Below, one piece after another: positions 11,166-24,539 of a stretch of DNA of 51,971 nucleotides; positions within the stretch are counted from its first letter, which is position 1, and the number at the start of each line of letters is the position of its first letter. The notes beneath the pieces are model-generated. The model was not told the origin of the DNA. It did no database searches and saw nothing but the letters and a program-made list of their open reading frames with translations. A program made the translations under genes and the position numbers. Source of the stretch: Chiloscyllium plagiosum (taxonomy: Eukaryota); assembly GCF_004010195.1 (NCBI RefSeq), contig NC_057755.1, positions 10,892,680-10,944,650 on the forward strand. Direction: 5' to 3'.

Positions 11166-12055
11166 ACCATTCACAGTGTTCATGGCTCTTCAGACGCTGA
11201 GGCAGTCCATGCTGAAATACAAGAAGTTTTGGAGAGTATTCAGGCTTGGGCTGAAAATTGGTTATGAACTTTCACGCCACACAAATGCCAAGGTTATGAC
11301 CATCTCCAATAAAAGACAATCTAGCTCCCACCCCTTGCCATTCAATGGTGTTACCAACACTGACTCCCACACTGTCAGAGACTGGGATTTATTATTGATC
11401 AGAAACTCACCTGGACTCACCCCATAAACACATTGGTTACAAAGGCAGGACAGAGGCTGGGAATACTGGGGTGAGTAACACACCTTCTGATTCCTCAAAG
11501 ACTGTCCACCATCTGCAAGACACAAGTCAGGAGTATGATGGATTTCTCCTCACTTGGCTGGATGGGTGTGGCTCCAACAACACCCAAGAAGCACAACACC
11601 ATCAAGGACAAAGCAGCACCCGCTTGATTGGCATCACATCCATAATCATCCACTCCCTGCACCACCGACGCTCGGTAGCAGCAGTGTGTACCATCTGCAA
11701 GATGTACTGCAGACATTTGCCAGTGATTCTCAAACGACACCTCCCATAGCCATTATCACTTCCATCTCGAAGGACAAAGGAAGCAGGTACTTGGGAACAC
11801 CACCGCCTTCAAGTTCCCCTCCAAGCCAATCATCACCCTGACTTGGAAATGTATCGCTGTTCCTTTGCTTTTGTTGGGTGAAATTCCTGGCCTTCCCTTC
11901 GTAAAGGAATTGTGGGTCAACTCTGAGCAGGTGGACTGCAGCGGTTCAAGAAGGCAGCTCATCGTCACCTTCTCAAAGGGGGTAACTAGGGACGGGTAAT
12001 AAATGGTGGGCCAGGCAGTGACACCTACATCCGACAGATGAATAAATGAATAATA
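11165..12055 (+). mobile_element. LINE 3' portion (CR1/L2 group) sharing its tail with the SacSINE1-like SINE
   Basis: Decayed RT C-terminus (LESIQAWAENW; HSLHHRRSVAAVCTICKM). The tail GGGTAATAAATGGTGGGCCAGGCAGTGACACC matches the reverse complement of about 14095-14145. Confidence 0.75.
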
Positions 12056-12623
12056 GGCAGTGGTAGAAACACATTGCCAAAGTTCATTACAAATTTCCAA
12101 TAAAAACCACTCAGTCCTAGGAATCACAGTACTTCCTTCATTGCTATGGCATGGGTAACTCCCTAATAACATTTGTTGTACATCCTATGTGCCATGTCCA
12201 ATCAGTTGACCCAGGAGCATAACTCGGTTTTCACTTCTGTTTGCGTTGGCCCTTTTGGCCCTTCCCATCACCATCAGCTCTTCTGGTTTTGCCAGGACAC
12301 AATATTTCTGTGTATACAGTCAGATATTGTCAACAGTGACAAGAACAATGTCGAGAAAGTTACTGTATCTGTCAGCGGGAGGCTGCTTAAGTCATCTGCA
12401 TTCACTATGCGGCCTCCCAGATGGTGTTTCAACTGTCATTGTGTGCACTCAGAAAGAGAGCCCATCACAGAATTCGACCTGAATCTATAGGCCGCATTGC
12501 CTTACCCACTCTGGGTAAAAGTATTTTCTCTGTTCCACGTAAACAGCACTGTCAGATAATCCAGCAATTACCTTATTCTTTAGTCTTGGAAATTTGGCTA
12601 GAGCATTTCTAATACGAAATACA

Positions 12624-12872
12624 GGCAGCACGGAGGCTCACTGTTTAACAGCGCCAGGTACCCGGGCAACTGTCTGTGAGAAATTTATGCATTCTCCCCG
12701 TGTCTGCGTGGGATGCCTCCCACAGTCGAAAGATATGCAGGTCAGGGTGAATTGGCCATGGTAAATTGCCCATAATCAGACAGAAATGGGTTTGGGTGGG
12801 TTATGCTGCAGAGGGTCGGTGTGGAATTGTTGGGTTGCAGAGCCTCTTTCCACACTGTAGGTAATCTAATCA
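12624..12872 (+). mobile_element. HE1-type SINE, internally deleted
   Basis: Homologous to 83-399, with a TAATCTAATC tail. Confidence 0.8.
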
Positions 12873-13162
12873 ATTGACTGTAAAATTAGCACTGTTTATT
12901 GAACTGTCCTTGTAAACATATACCAAGTACACTAGGAAGGTGGGTTTTCCATTCCACTTGCCCATGAGCGAATCTGATCACTCCTCATTGTCCATTTTTA
13001 TCTTTCCCAATGTTCCTCCTTTCACTCTCCAGTTTGTTCCTGTCCCTGAAAATAAACCTCAGCTTTCTTTTAAGTTGAACTTTTGCTAATCAGTGCGCTC
13101 ATACTCAAATTCCCCAACTTCCCTCTTTCTGACAGATCTCTCCCATAGGGAGCTTTGCAGAA

Positions 13163-13790
13163 ATGTAGAAAATAGGAACAGGAATAGGCCATTCGGCCCT
13201 TCGAGCCTGCTCCACTATTCAACGTGGTGATGGCTGATCCTCTATCTCCATGTCATCTTCCTGCTCTCGCCACATTACCCCGATACTGTTTGCTAGTAGA
13301 AATCTATTCTTTATTGAGTACCTTGAGAGACTCTGCACCCAAAATCTTGTGTAATAGATGTTCACAACTCTTAGAGAGAAGAAATGTCTCCTCATCTCAG
13401 TCCAAAATGGACTACCTCGCATTCTCCGACTTCACCTCTTGTTCCAGATCGTTCAGCCAGAGAAAACATCACCCCTGCATCCAGTTGATCTAGCCATGGC
13501 AGAATTTTGTATGTTCCAAGAAGGTGCATTCTGATTTTTCTAACCATTGAATCCAAACCCTCATCATAAGACAAAACTTGCTGTCCCAGGAATCAGTCTG
13601 GTGATCTTTCACTGCACGAAGGCAATTTTATGTCTTCTTAATTAAGGATAATATAATTGCAAGCAATCCTCCAGGTATGCTCTCACCAAGGTCTGAACAG
13701 CTGCAGTAAGGCATCCTGCTCCTCTACTCAAACCCTTTTGCAATCATGGCTAATTTGCCATCAAGACGTCTTGCTGCACCCACATGCGTG
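13163..13790 (-). mobile_element. CR1-like LINE 3' fragment
   Basis: Reverse tail ATAGGAACAGGAATAGGCCATTCGGCCC; peptide PFWTEMRRHFFSLRVVN. Confidence 0.75.
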
Positions 13791-14087
13791 TCTGAGATGC
13801 ATTAAATTCCTCTGACAGATTTCCCCAAACAGCGTCATGGACCACAATGTGCCCAAACTTCGCGTATCTCTCCAGGAGAACCCACTTAACCCATCTCAAA
13901 ATATTCCTGGTTCATGGTTGCATTCTATCCCTGATCTCATACAATGCATTAACACCCGATTTCGAAATTCTTTTTGGGAGGTAAGCATCACAAGCTCTTT
14001 TGCAGTTCTGAAGATGATTTAAAAGCACAGCAGAACGTTATCTCTTTCTCTTCTTTCATTCGTTGAATTGGAATTTTAAAAATCCCA

Positions 14088-14426
14088 CATTTTAGGGGTG
14101 TTGGTGTCGCTGGCTAGGCAGCATTTATTACCCATCCCTAATTGCTCAGATGGCAGTTAAGAGTCAACTACCTTGCTGTAGATTTGGAGTCACATGGACA
14201 TACCAGGTAAAGATGGCAGTTTCCTTTCCGAAAGGACATTAGTGAATCAGGTCGGCTTTATTTTCTGACAATTGATTTGTGGTCGTCTTCAGAATCTTAA
14301 TTGTAGATTTTAATTGAATTCAAATCCCACCATCTGCCATGGCAGGACTGAAACCTGGGTCCACAGAATATTACCTGGGTCACTGGATTAACAGCTCAGT
14401 GATAATATAACTATGCCACCACCTCC
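14088..14426 (-). mobile_element. SacSINE1-like DeuSINE (partial duplicate 14949-15092; mirror 40102-40435, +)
   Basis: tRNA-like head GGTGGCATAGT...GGTTTCAGTCC, core CTGATTCACTAATGTCCTTT..GGAAACTGCC..GTGACTCCA, and a LINE-derived tail. Confidence 0.75.
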
Positions 14427-15580
14427 ACAGATGCTTTGAGCATTTCCAGCATTGCCTGTTTATTTAGTATTCCGCATTATTTTGCCTCTACCTTGGGTCC
14501 AAACACAAAGTCAAAAACATGTGTCAACTGAGAAAACTTCAAACTGTACCTTTATAAAACAATATTGAATATTACAAAAACGTATTAGATTTCCCAGAAA
14601 TATTTTGCAGGAATTGAGGAAATCTAGATTGCACAAGCTGATCATTCCATCATTACATTTCAAAAGTGATAGGATTTAATGATGTACCAGATTCTAAATG
14701 TATCGATAGCCATATATAACAGGAAAAGGTTGACACTGTTGAACTGTGAAGATTTCAGTAGGTCTGAAGGTTGGAACTGTGCAATAAAAATGTCGTTTTG
14801 CTTTCTTACTGTTTTAGAAAATTGAAGAATCCATCCATGAGGGGAATGGACAATTTGGGTATTGATAAACATGAGGACTGTACCGAGGAGAATCGAGGAG
14901 AGGAAGCAAGTACCGTGGTCGGCACGGTGGTACAGTGGTGAGCACTGTGTGGTCATCTTTAGAATCTTAATTGTAGATTTTCATTGAATTCAAATCCCAC
15001 CATCTGCCATGGCAGGACTGAAACCTGGGTCCCCAGAATATTACCTGGGTCACTGGATTAACAACTCAGTGATAATATAACTATGCCACCACAGATGCTT
15101 TGAGCATTTCCAGCATTGCCTGTTTATTTAATATTCCGCATTATTTTGCCTTTACCCTGGGTCCAAACACAAAGTCAAAAACATGTGTCAACTGAGAAAA
15201 CTTCAAACTGTACCTTTATAAAACAATATTGAATATTACAGTAACCTAGTAGATTGCCCAGAAGTATTTTGCAGGAATTGTGGAAATCTAGATTGCACAA
15301 GCTGATCATTCCACCATTACATTTCAAAAGTGATAGGATTTAATGATGTACCAGATTCTAAATGTATAGATAACCATATATAACAGGAAAAGGTTGACAC
15401 TGTTGAACTGTGAAGATTTCAGTCGGTCTGAAGGTTGGAACTGTGCAATAAAAATGTCGTTTTGCTTTCTTACTGTTTTAGAAAATTGAAGAATCCATCC
15501 ATGAGGGGAATGGACAATTTGGGTATTGATAAATATGAGGACTGTACTGAGGAGAATCGAGGAGAGGAAGCAAGTACCGA
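14279..15580 (+). repeat. ~670-bp direct tandem duplication covering the splice acceptor and start of copy A
   Basis: 14279-14915 is repeated at 14949-15580. Minus-strand ORFs 14660-14956 and 15324-15812 share almost the same peptide. Confidence 0.9.
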
Positions 15581-18500
15581 CTGTCGGGATGCATTTCAGC
15601 AGCTTCTGAAAACTTTTGGACTGTGGGAATTTTATCCCAACAAGCTGTCCCTGAATAAAGTAAAGGAGATCAACATTGAGACTGTGGAGGACAAGAAATC
15701 CACCAGTACAAGATATTCCTTCGCATTTCCTCAGGCTGCTAATGGAGGCAAATTCTAATGCCAGAACACAGGACACATCTGAAAATGGAACATCGGAAGA
15801 TGATTCTAACAATTTCCCTCAATGTCCGAATGCTACTGCAATGTCTTTCCATCCACTGGACATTATTTCTGCGATCTTTGTGTGTGCAAACACTATTCTG
15901 CAGCAGGAAGTGATTCTCCGAATGTCCTTGTGCCAGTTTGCATTTCCAATCGTCATGCTGAGTCCGGAAGGGAGACCAACTTTTCTTATGCATCCCATGC
16001 GCTCCTTCGTGAGGAGATACCAACCTCAGTCAATGAGAGACAGGGCGGGATACATTGAGGAATGTATGGCCACATCTAGTCTTCCAATGTTCGCTTTTGT
16101 TCGATTTGGCAACTGCTCATCATCAAAATCTAAACTGTTAAATCAGGTTTTCAGCTCGCAACCCAATCTGGATTATTTTGTCCATTCTGATATGCGATGT
16201 GGCGATATAAGCAGGAAGGTTTCAGACGGAATGATAGAAATGATCTGGTATTTGCCATCTGGCAGTAAGGATATTGACATCATTCCAGAGGCTGTGGCAG
16301 TCATGAATCTCCGAGGGGATGCCCAAAACTTTCCGGAACATGTCCAGTTCCTGAGTAAAGTTGCCACCACTCTGTTTGTTTTCATTGAGCATTTGAACGA
16401 ACAAGCCGAAACATTTCTGTTTTCCAATCCTCAGATTCAACAGAGACTGTTTTTAATTATTAATTCCAAGGTGGGACAAATATATCTCCACTTAGAAAGG
16501 TTGTTTGAAGCTAAATCAATAGCAAAAGATCATATTTTAACAAAACACCAAAAAAACGAAGCACACTTTCTACAAACTATTCGATCCAAATTAATAGAGA
16601 TTCTGAGAAAGGGGGCAGAAGTGAAAGAGGAGCACTGAGTTAACTTTCCGGAACATGTCCAGTTCCTGAGTAAAGTTGCCACCACTCTGTTTGTTTTCAT
16701 TGAGCATTTGAACGAACAAGCCGAAACATTTCTGTTTTCCAATCCTCAGATTCAACAGAGACTGTTTTTAATTATTGTTTCCAAGGCGCCACAATCTGAA
16801 AGGTTGATTGAAGCTAAATTAATTGCAAAAGATAATATTTTAACAAAACACCGAAAAAATGAAGCATACTTCCGGCGAACTATTCGATCCAAATTAATAG
16901 AGATTCTAAGAAAGGGGGCAGAAGTGAAAGAGGAGGCACTGAGTTTGCAAGCAATGCTCCCAGCAGCGAGGGCCAGTAAGTTTCTGATCGATGAAGACAA
17001 CAACGTGATTTCAGAAGCTTGGGGAAAATCTGAAGAAATTCTTCGAGTAATTGTGAGCGAAGCCATTAAAATGATCTGAGAGAGAGAGTTGTATTTCCAA
17101 GGAGCTACTTGGGAAAAGATTTCAGGCATCGATAAGGAAATGTGTCAGTTAAAGAGTCTCAGTGATGCTAATGTTTCAGATTATGTCAGTCGGCTGCAGA
17201 GAAAGAGAGAAGATCTTTGTCGGACACTTCCACATCGTGAGATGTCGAATCTGATGAGGCAAATAATCCTCGGGGCTCCAGACAATGAGAAACCAAAGGA
17301 AACTTTTCCTAAATTGCCTGAGACATGCATTGGATTCAAACTCAGTCACAGTGTCTCATAGTAACATAATGTTAAACCTGGAGACTGAGGAGCAAGTGCA
17401 GAGTCAAAGTATTCAGGAACAATTGACTGAACCCAATAAGAACCTGCTGGACAGGTCCCAGAGCTTGGGATTAGAACATTTCCTCCGGGAAATGTGACTC
17501 ATCTATGAGGTGTTTCAGATCCAGCCAAGTGTTCCTTCAGATATCAAACAGTTTCCATCACTGGCAGCTGATATGATGTTGGAGGGTTTCCCAATTGAGC
17601 TCATGGATGGAGATGTTTCCAATATCCCCATGGAATGGAACGGAAGTTGACAAGAAGGTTGGGCCTTGCCTCATTTTTGTCCTTTCAGTGTTGGGGATTA
17701 CAAAGCACTGGCAAGTCCACTCTGTTGAATGTAATGTTTGGCTGTCAGTTTGCAGTGGGCTGTGGGAGGTGCACCTCCGGGGTCTACCTGCAGCTCATTA
17801 GAACAACAGGAACAATAAAGGAGAAAGCCTGCGACTTCATCCTGATCCTGGATACTGAGGGCTTGTGGGCTCAGGAACGGTCCAGCCTGTTTGGCCGAAA
17901 TGAGCATGACAATGCACTGGCCACTCTGGTGGCTGGCTTAAGTGATTTGATCATCATAACCATGTCCACAGAGACTGCCTCAGAAATGAAGGACATCCTG
18001 CAAGTTGTTGTCCATGCCTTAATTCGTATGAAAGTGGTCGGGAAAAGACCCAATTGTCAATTTGTCCACCAAAAGATTGGAGATGTGTCTGCATATCAGA
18101 AGAATGTGGGCAGTCACAAATCATTGCACCAGGAGCTGGACGCACTGACCAAGATTGTTGCTAAAACTGAGGGGCAAGATCACAAATTCTCAAAGTTCGC
18201 TGATATTTTGGATTATGACTCCAAGAAAAACAATTGGTACATCCCAGGGCTGTGGTGTGGGACTCCCCCGATGGCGCTAGTTAATATGGGATACAGTCAG
18301 AAGGTGACAGAACTCAAACACAAGATTTTGCAGCATTTTCTCAACAGGAAACCTTCCACCATCCCAGAGTTCATTCGCTGGATGACAAGTCCATGGAACG
18401 CAGTGAAACATGAGAACTTCATTTTCAGTTTCAGGAACAGCTTGGTGGCAGATGCCTACAATCGACTGTCAGAGAAGTACTCGGATTTGGAGTGGAAGCT

Positions 18501-20416
18501 GAGGAGTGAGGTCCATTCCTGGCTTCAGAAAGAAATCAGTCGAATTGCCAACTGTGAAGGGGACCTTCAGGAACTCAGAGGAAATTTGGATATTGAAGTT
18601 CCAAGGATGATCAGTGAAGAGAAAAGTCAAATACTGGATGAGATGGAGAGGTATTTTAAGGAGGACACCAACCAGGCACATCTGATTGAGAATTTTAAAG
18701 CCGAGACAGCAGCGGGTTTTGACTCTCTGAGTCGGGAGCTTGACACACGCACAAACATGAGATGTGAGGAAGCATTGAACAGGTGGAGAGACCTTAACGA
18801 ATTAAACCACATTTTAAGTAGTTTCAGTGAGAGAATCCAAGAGAAGATTGATCTGCTCTTGGATAATTTGAAACTTAAATCGACAGATCAAGGTAACAAT
18901 GAACTGAGTGAAACCTTTGAAACAATATGGAGAGAAGTCATGGCATCAGTACATTTCCAGCCCATAGCAGTCAACATCGAGGGAGACATGGAAAAGAGCT
19001 TGAGGGAAAATACGTGGAAGCAAGGAAGAATGCTCACAATGAAGCTCACGTCTGGGGAGAGTCTTGTTGAGTTCAGCAACGTGGAATGGAAGATCATTGA
19101 GCAACATCTGGAAACAAACAAAACATCTTTCTTTGAGATGTTTAAAAGGAAGATACGCGCAGCTTATACTCTGATACGTTCCTTCCATCAAAATAAAGAA
19201 AACTTGGAAGACGAGAATGTGGCACAATGGGTGGAATCTGCACGTTTACTGGAGGCGAAGAAGAAAACTCTCCAATTGATATCACAATGTGACGATTATG
19301 TAGAAGAGATTGTTAAGAGAGGTGAGAGTTACAACCTGCTTCTTTGTAATGAACTTCTGCGAGAAGTGGACAGAAATCTACAGACACTTGATGCGGAGAC
19401 ACTCAAAGTCAATGAGCTATTAAGTACAGATGTGAAAATCCATGTGTGTGGCAAAGCCATTCAGAGATTTCAGGAGATGCATGATCGATTCTGTGACAAA
19501 CAGAATCCTCTGAAGAGACTAGCGAATGAGAGACATTATTACTTTACAATGTTTAAAAGCATATACTCTGAAAAGGACCAGAGTGAGACGTGTGCGAGAT
19601 TATTTTGTGATTCCTGCTTGAAGCCCGCTCTGTTGGAAGCTCTCAAACAACAATTGGGCTCGGCAATTGTGGATCACCTTAAAAAAAGAGCAAAAGATAG
19701 AACTTAAGTCACGCAGAAACCTTCAAGTGGGGGTCATGTTGTATCTAAAAAAGCTCAACAGCTTTGACAAGTACTGTCAGTACTTTGAACAGACCGGAAA
19801 GTTTGAACAAGTTGAGTTAAAAGAGCAAGTGCTGAACCATTGTAAAGGGCTGAACAACAACAAATCCATGTTTTATTGCATAGCTAAAGAGGTGTTGCAG
19901 CAGAAAATTGACAAAATAAAGACAACCGTTGACTGTATAAAAAGCTCAGCTGATAACATTCAATCATTTTTGAATGAATTCAAGCAAAGACTTGAAGAAC
20001 ACCTTGTGTTACCAAAAGAAAAGCTTGAAAACACAAGAGCTTTCAAAAATGCTCCAGGTTTTGTGATTAAACAGATTCAATTCATTCCTGCCTTGGAAAC
20101 ACGCCTCCTCCAAGACATTGAGAAATGGGATGTTGAGCAGACGCTGGTGAACATTCCTAATGACCCTTCCAAAGAGCTCTACAAATTGTTGGCTGGTTGT
20201 GGAAATCGCTGCCCACTTTGCCGGGTGCCCTGTGATCACACCAATAATACATATGGGAAGCACTCAGCAACATATCACTGGCCTCAGGGGATTGGGGGCT
20301 GTCACTGGAGACGGAGCAAAGAGCTGGTCACTGACAGCTGCACAGCAACAGCCACCGCAATTTATTTGTACCAGAAAGATAAAGGACATTGGGGGCAAAG
20401 ATTTATCTGGAATATA

Positions 20417-22032
20417 GAGGCCGAACCAACCTACCGAACCCTTCCACTGACACTCTCCTTCGACTGACTGAACTGGTCCTCACTCTTAACAACTTCTCCT
20501 TCCAATCCTCCCACTTCCTCAAAACCAAAGGAGTAGCCATTGGCACCCACTGGTAGCCCTAGCTATGCCTGCTCTTCAATATGTGGAACAGTCCATCTTC
20601 CGCAGCTATACTGGCACCACCCCCCACCTTTTCCTCCGCTACATTGATGACTCTATCGGCGCTACCTCGTGCTCCCACGAGGAGGTTGAACAGTTCATCC
20701 ACTTTACTAACACCTTCCACCCCGACCTCAAATTCACCTGGACCGTCTCAGACTCCTCCCTCCCCTTCCTAGACCTCTCCATCTCTATCTCGGACGACCG
20801 ACTCAACACGGACGTATACTATAAACTGACTGACTCCCACAGCTACCTAGATTACACCTCTTCCCACCCTGCCCCATGTGGAAACGCCATCCCATATTCC
20901 CAATTCCTCCGCCTTCGCCACATCTGCTCCCAGGAGGATCAATTCCAATACCGAACAACCCAGATGGCCTCCTTCTTCAAAAACCGCAATTTCCCCTCAG
21001 ACAAGGTTGACGATGCTCTCCACCGCATCTCCTCCACTTCCTGCTCCTCCGCCCTTGAACCCAGCCCCTCCAATTACTACCAGGACAGAACCCCACTGGT
21101 CCTCACCTACCACCCCACCAACGTCCAGAAACATCGGATTATCTTTCGTCATTTCCGCCACCTCCAAACGGACCCCACCACCAAGGATATATTTCCCTCC
21201 CCACCCCTATCAGTGTTCCAGAAAGACCACGCCCTCCGCGACTCCCTTGTCAGATCCAGACCCCCCACCAACCCAACCTTCACTCCCGGCATGTTCCCCT
21301 GCATCCGCACAAAATTCAAAACTTGCGCCCACACCTCCCCTCTCACTTCCCTTCAAGGCTCCAAGGGATCCTTCAATATCCATCAGAAATTCACCTGCAC
21401 CTCCACACACATGATTTACTGCGTCCGCTACACCCGATGTGGCCTCCTCTACATTGGAGAGATAGGCCGCCTACTTGTGGAATGTTTCAGAGAACACCTC
21501 AGGGACACCCGCACCAACAAACCCAACTGCCCCGTGGCTGAACACTTTAATTCCCCCTCCCACTCCGCCAAGGACCTGCAGGGCCTTGGTCTTCTCCATC
21601 GCCAGACCATGGCAACACGCCACCTGGAGGAAGAGCAACTCATCTTTCGCCTAGGAACCCGCCAACCACAAGGGATGAATACAGATTTCTCCAGCTTCCT
21701 CATTTCCCCTCCCCCCACCTTTTCTCAGTTCCAACCCTCAGACTCAACATCGCCTTCTTGACCTTCAATCTTCTTCCCGACCTCTCCGCCCCCACTCCCT
21801 CTCCGGCCTATCACCCTCACCTTAACCTCCTTCCACCTATCACATTCCCAATGCCCTCCCCCAAGTCCCTCCTCCCTACCTTTCATCTTAGCGTGCTTGG
21901 CACTCCCTCCTCATTCCTGAAGAAGGGCTTATGCCCGAAACGTCGATTCTCTTTCTCCTTTGATCCTGCCTGACCTGCTGCGCTTTTCCAGCAACACATT
22001 TTTAAGCTCTGATCCCCAGCACTTTCTCCTAC
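20417..22032 (+). mobile_element. Young 5'-truncated Penelope-like retroelement inserted in GVIN copy A
   Basis: ORF 20565-21761 (398 aa) contains the RT motif RYIDD, LPFLD and the GIY-YIG motif IYCVRYTRCGLLYIGE, followed by a pLTR with a hammerhead. It is absent from copy B near 27383, where 10 bp (CTGGAGCGAG) occupy the site. Confidence 0.92.
21913..21948 (+). ncRNA. Minimal type I hammerhead ribozyme motif in a Penelope pLTR
   Basis: ATTC-CTGAAGA-A-GGGC-TTAT-GCCC-GAAA-CG-TC-GATT: intact CUGANGA/GAAA/UH core, perfect 4-bp stem II, palindromic ACGT stem III region. Confidence 0.7.
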
Positions 22033-22906
22033 TTTTTAATGTGTGGTATATAGAAATGCAATGTGAGGAATATAGTTCCTGGGATATTCGTTTAAATCCG
22101 GAGGCTGGAGTGCCATCTTATTGGAAATGGGTCCTGTACACCTATTACAAGGAGTTTGCAGAGAAATACAAGGTGAATCCTGCAAGAAATATTTCCAACT
22201 GGAAAATACCATGGGGGAAGATCGTGTCAGAACTGGAAGCTGAGTATTGTGTGAAGGTTGGGGAGACTGGAATAGTCCAAACCTCGTATTATCAAGGATA
22301 ACAAAATCTGAAGTTGTGATTATGTTGTGCATTGGGATCCTGCGGAAGGCCGGATGTAATTATGTGTACTGCAATTGGATGGGAAGCTTAGTCATTCAAT
22401 GGGCTGGTTCATGCCGTTCTCTAATACTGACAAAAGTATCTCAAACTAAAATTATGTCGATATTAGTCATTGTCTCTGATAAACAGCTAAGGCATCTACA
22501 ATTGAAACAGAGTTCACCTTGGACGATATCTGCATGTATGCAGGTGATTACTGTGTGATCTGGACGAGGTGATGTACATCTCCTTCATTGATAGTGAGGG
22601 CGGGTGGCTGGTTATGTTATATGTGCACAGCAGTAATCCTAGACCATCCCAGTCTCCTGGATCTGGACAATGAGAGGGAGGCATCCAGCACCAAAGGAAA
22701 TCTCCTCCTGACTGCCCCATCGCCAGGAGGAAGCTCCTCTTTATCAGCTACAGCCTCGGCCTGTCCTTTACCTGCACACCTCCCCTCCCGGATCCCCTCA
22801 TCCACAGAATCATGATGTCAGGGACTTTCTGCAGCCTGTCAAAGAGAGCTCACATCTCGGATCACATAGGAACAGGAGTAGGCCATTCGGCCCATTAAAT
22901 GTATAT

Positions 22907-23216
22907 GATATCTCTCTGGTTCAGGACCCCTCAACTATGGACAAAATCTCACCTACATCTACCCTGTGAAACCCTTAAATATATTCAGTAAAATTACCTC
23001 TTGAGAATACAGGCCCAGTTTGACCAACCACTCTCCAAATGACAGTGCCTCTATCTGAGGGACAAGTCTGGGGTGAAACACTTTTGGAGAGTGGTTGGTC
23101 AAACTAGGCCTATATTCCCAAGAGGTAATTTTATTGAATGTATTTAAGGGTTTCACAGGGTAGATGCAGGTGAGATGTTGTCCACAGTGGAGAAGTCTAT
23201 AACCAGAGGGATATCA
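22907..23216. repeat. Fold-back inverted repeat of CR1 sequence downstream of copy A (arms ~130 bp, loop ~40 bp)
   Basis: GATATCTCTCTGGTT...CTCTCCAAA pairs with TTTGGAGAG...AACCAGAGGGATATC. Confidence 0.85.
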
Positions 23217-23459
23217 TTGGGGTGAATGGCCTACACCTATCCCAATTCTCTAGAAGCCATTTTACATCCTTCTCACGATGCATATTTTCACTTCACTGCG
23301 CATCATACACGGATTTGTAAATATTACATTTGGTCTCCACCACCGACTCATTGACACCTATTCTGAACAGCTGGGGCCCAAGTATTGGTCCTAACTAGTA
23401 ACAGCCTGCTGATGTGAGAATGACCTATACATTCCAACTCTCTGTTCTTGGGATGTTAG

Positions 23460-23702
23460 CAATAGCATTCCAACCAGAACTCTATCAACAAACATATCGA
23501 CTTAGATCCATCCACCACCTTCTGAAGAAAATAATGGGAAACAACATCACTAACACAGGAAAGGACATCACCACAGGAAATGACATCACCAACTCAAGGA
23601 AACCTAAACACACAAATAGAAAGCGGGTCACTAACACCAGTGCTTCACTGGAAACATCTGAAATCGAACCTTCCAGCTCAGTGAGCAAACTTACTTCCAG
23701 AT
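23460..23702 (+). mobile_element. Penelope pLTR fragment (copies at 29135-29405 + and 33105-33385 -)
   Basis: GGAAATGACATCACC repeats and a GAAACGTCTGAAAACGAACCTTCCAGCTCAG terminus. The hammerhead-like core is present at 29332-29371 but deleted here. Confidence 0.65.
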
Positions 23703-24227
23703 TCCAGCATTGTCTCTACTACTGATGCTTGGTTAGCAGGTCAGTGGTTCCCTTATTTTTCTCTCCCTCCCTTCTTAAATAATGGGGTGGCATTCCAATC
23801 TTCAGGAAGTGTTCCAGACTCTGCAGAATTTGGGAAGGTAGTCACCAATGCATAGACTCTCTCCATAGCCATCTCCTTCAATCTTTTGTGATGTGGACCA
23901 TCGGGTTTTGGGGATTGATCAACTTCCAATCCCACTAATTTCTCCAGTACAATCCGACTCATGGTCATTTTCTTCAACCCCTCATTCATCTGAGCAACTT
24001 TGTTCTGGGAGAGAGGTTACATCTTCCTCAGTGAAGAAAGCCACAAAGTAATCATTTACTTTATCTGCATTTCCTTTATTCCCTGTGATAAATTCTCCTG
24101 ATTTCTGTTTGTAATGGGCCTACAATTGTTCTAGCCACGTGTCGAGTTTTTATAAGGTTTTGCAGTACATGTTTATGCTTTTGGCTAGACTGCATTCATA
24201 TTCTATTCTCCCTATCCTTAACAGTTT
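23703..24227 (-). mobile_element. CR1 ORF2 fragment (copies at 29405-29926 - and 32586-33105 +)
   Basis: VDQSPKPDGPH..LKEMA...PEDWNATPLFKKG. Confidence 0.8.
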
Positions 24228-24535
24228 TGATTAGATTAGATTCCCGACAGTGTGTAAACAGGCCATTCGGCCAACAGATCCACACTACCCTCCGAAGAGT
24301 AACCCACCCAGACCCATTCCCCTACCTTATATTTATCCCGACTAATGCAGCTAACACTATGGGCAATTTAGCATGGCCAATTCAGCTGACCTGCGCATCT
24401 TTGGACTGTGGGAGGAAACCGGAGCACACGGAGGAAATCCACGCAGACACGGGGAGAATGTGCAAACTCCACATAGACAGTCGCCAAAGGCTGGAATCGA
24501 GGCAGCAGTGCTAACCACTGAGTCACCGTGCCACC
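24228..24535 (-). mobile_element. HE1-type SINE
   Basis: Reverse complement of the HE1 head, V-domain and tail. Confidence 0.85.
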
Positions 24536-24539
24536 ATTT

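Larger units (their letters stand above)
15501..22301 (+). pseudogene. GVIN1-like very large GTPase pseudogene, copy A
   Basis: Full-length homolog of copy C split over several ORFs. Lesions relative to C/B: frameshift near 15710, 315-bp internal tandem duplication (16327-16641 / 16642-16945), stops at 17077 (CGA>TGA) and 17495 (GGA>TGA), frameshift near 17275, deletion near 17635, extra A near 19685, Penelope insertion at 20417-22032. Confidence 0.9.

Noticed and set aside
12170..12620. Unassigned non-repeat-looking segment with short ORFs
   Set aside because: It has no recognisable motif and no mirror copy in the right arm, so I cannot support any call.
20565..21761. Functional GVIN-RT/GIY-YIG fusion or a retron-like defence system
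   Set aside because: The GVIN frame stops at 20467 inside the insert, the host copy has many upstream lesions, and the RT is 5'-truncated. This is an ordinary Penelope insertion.
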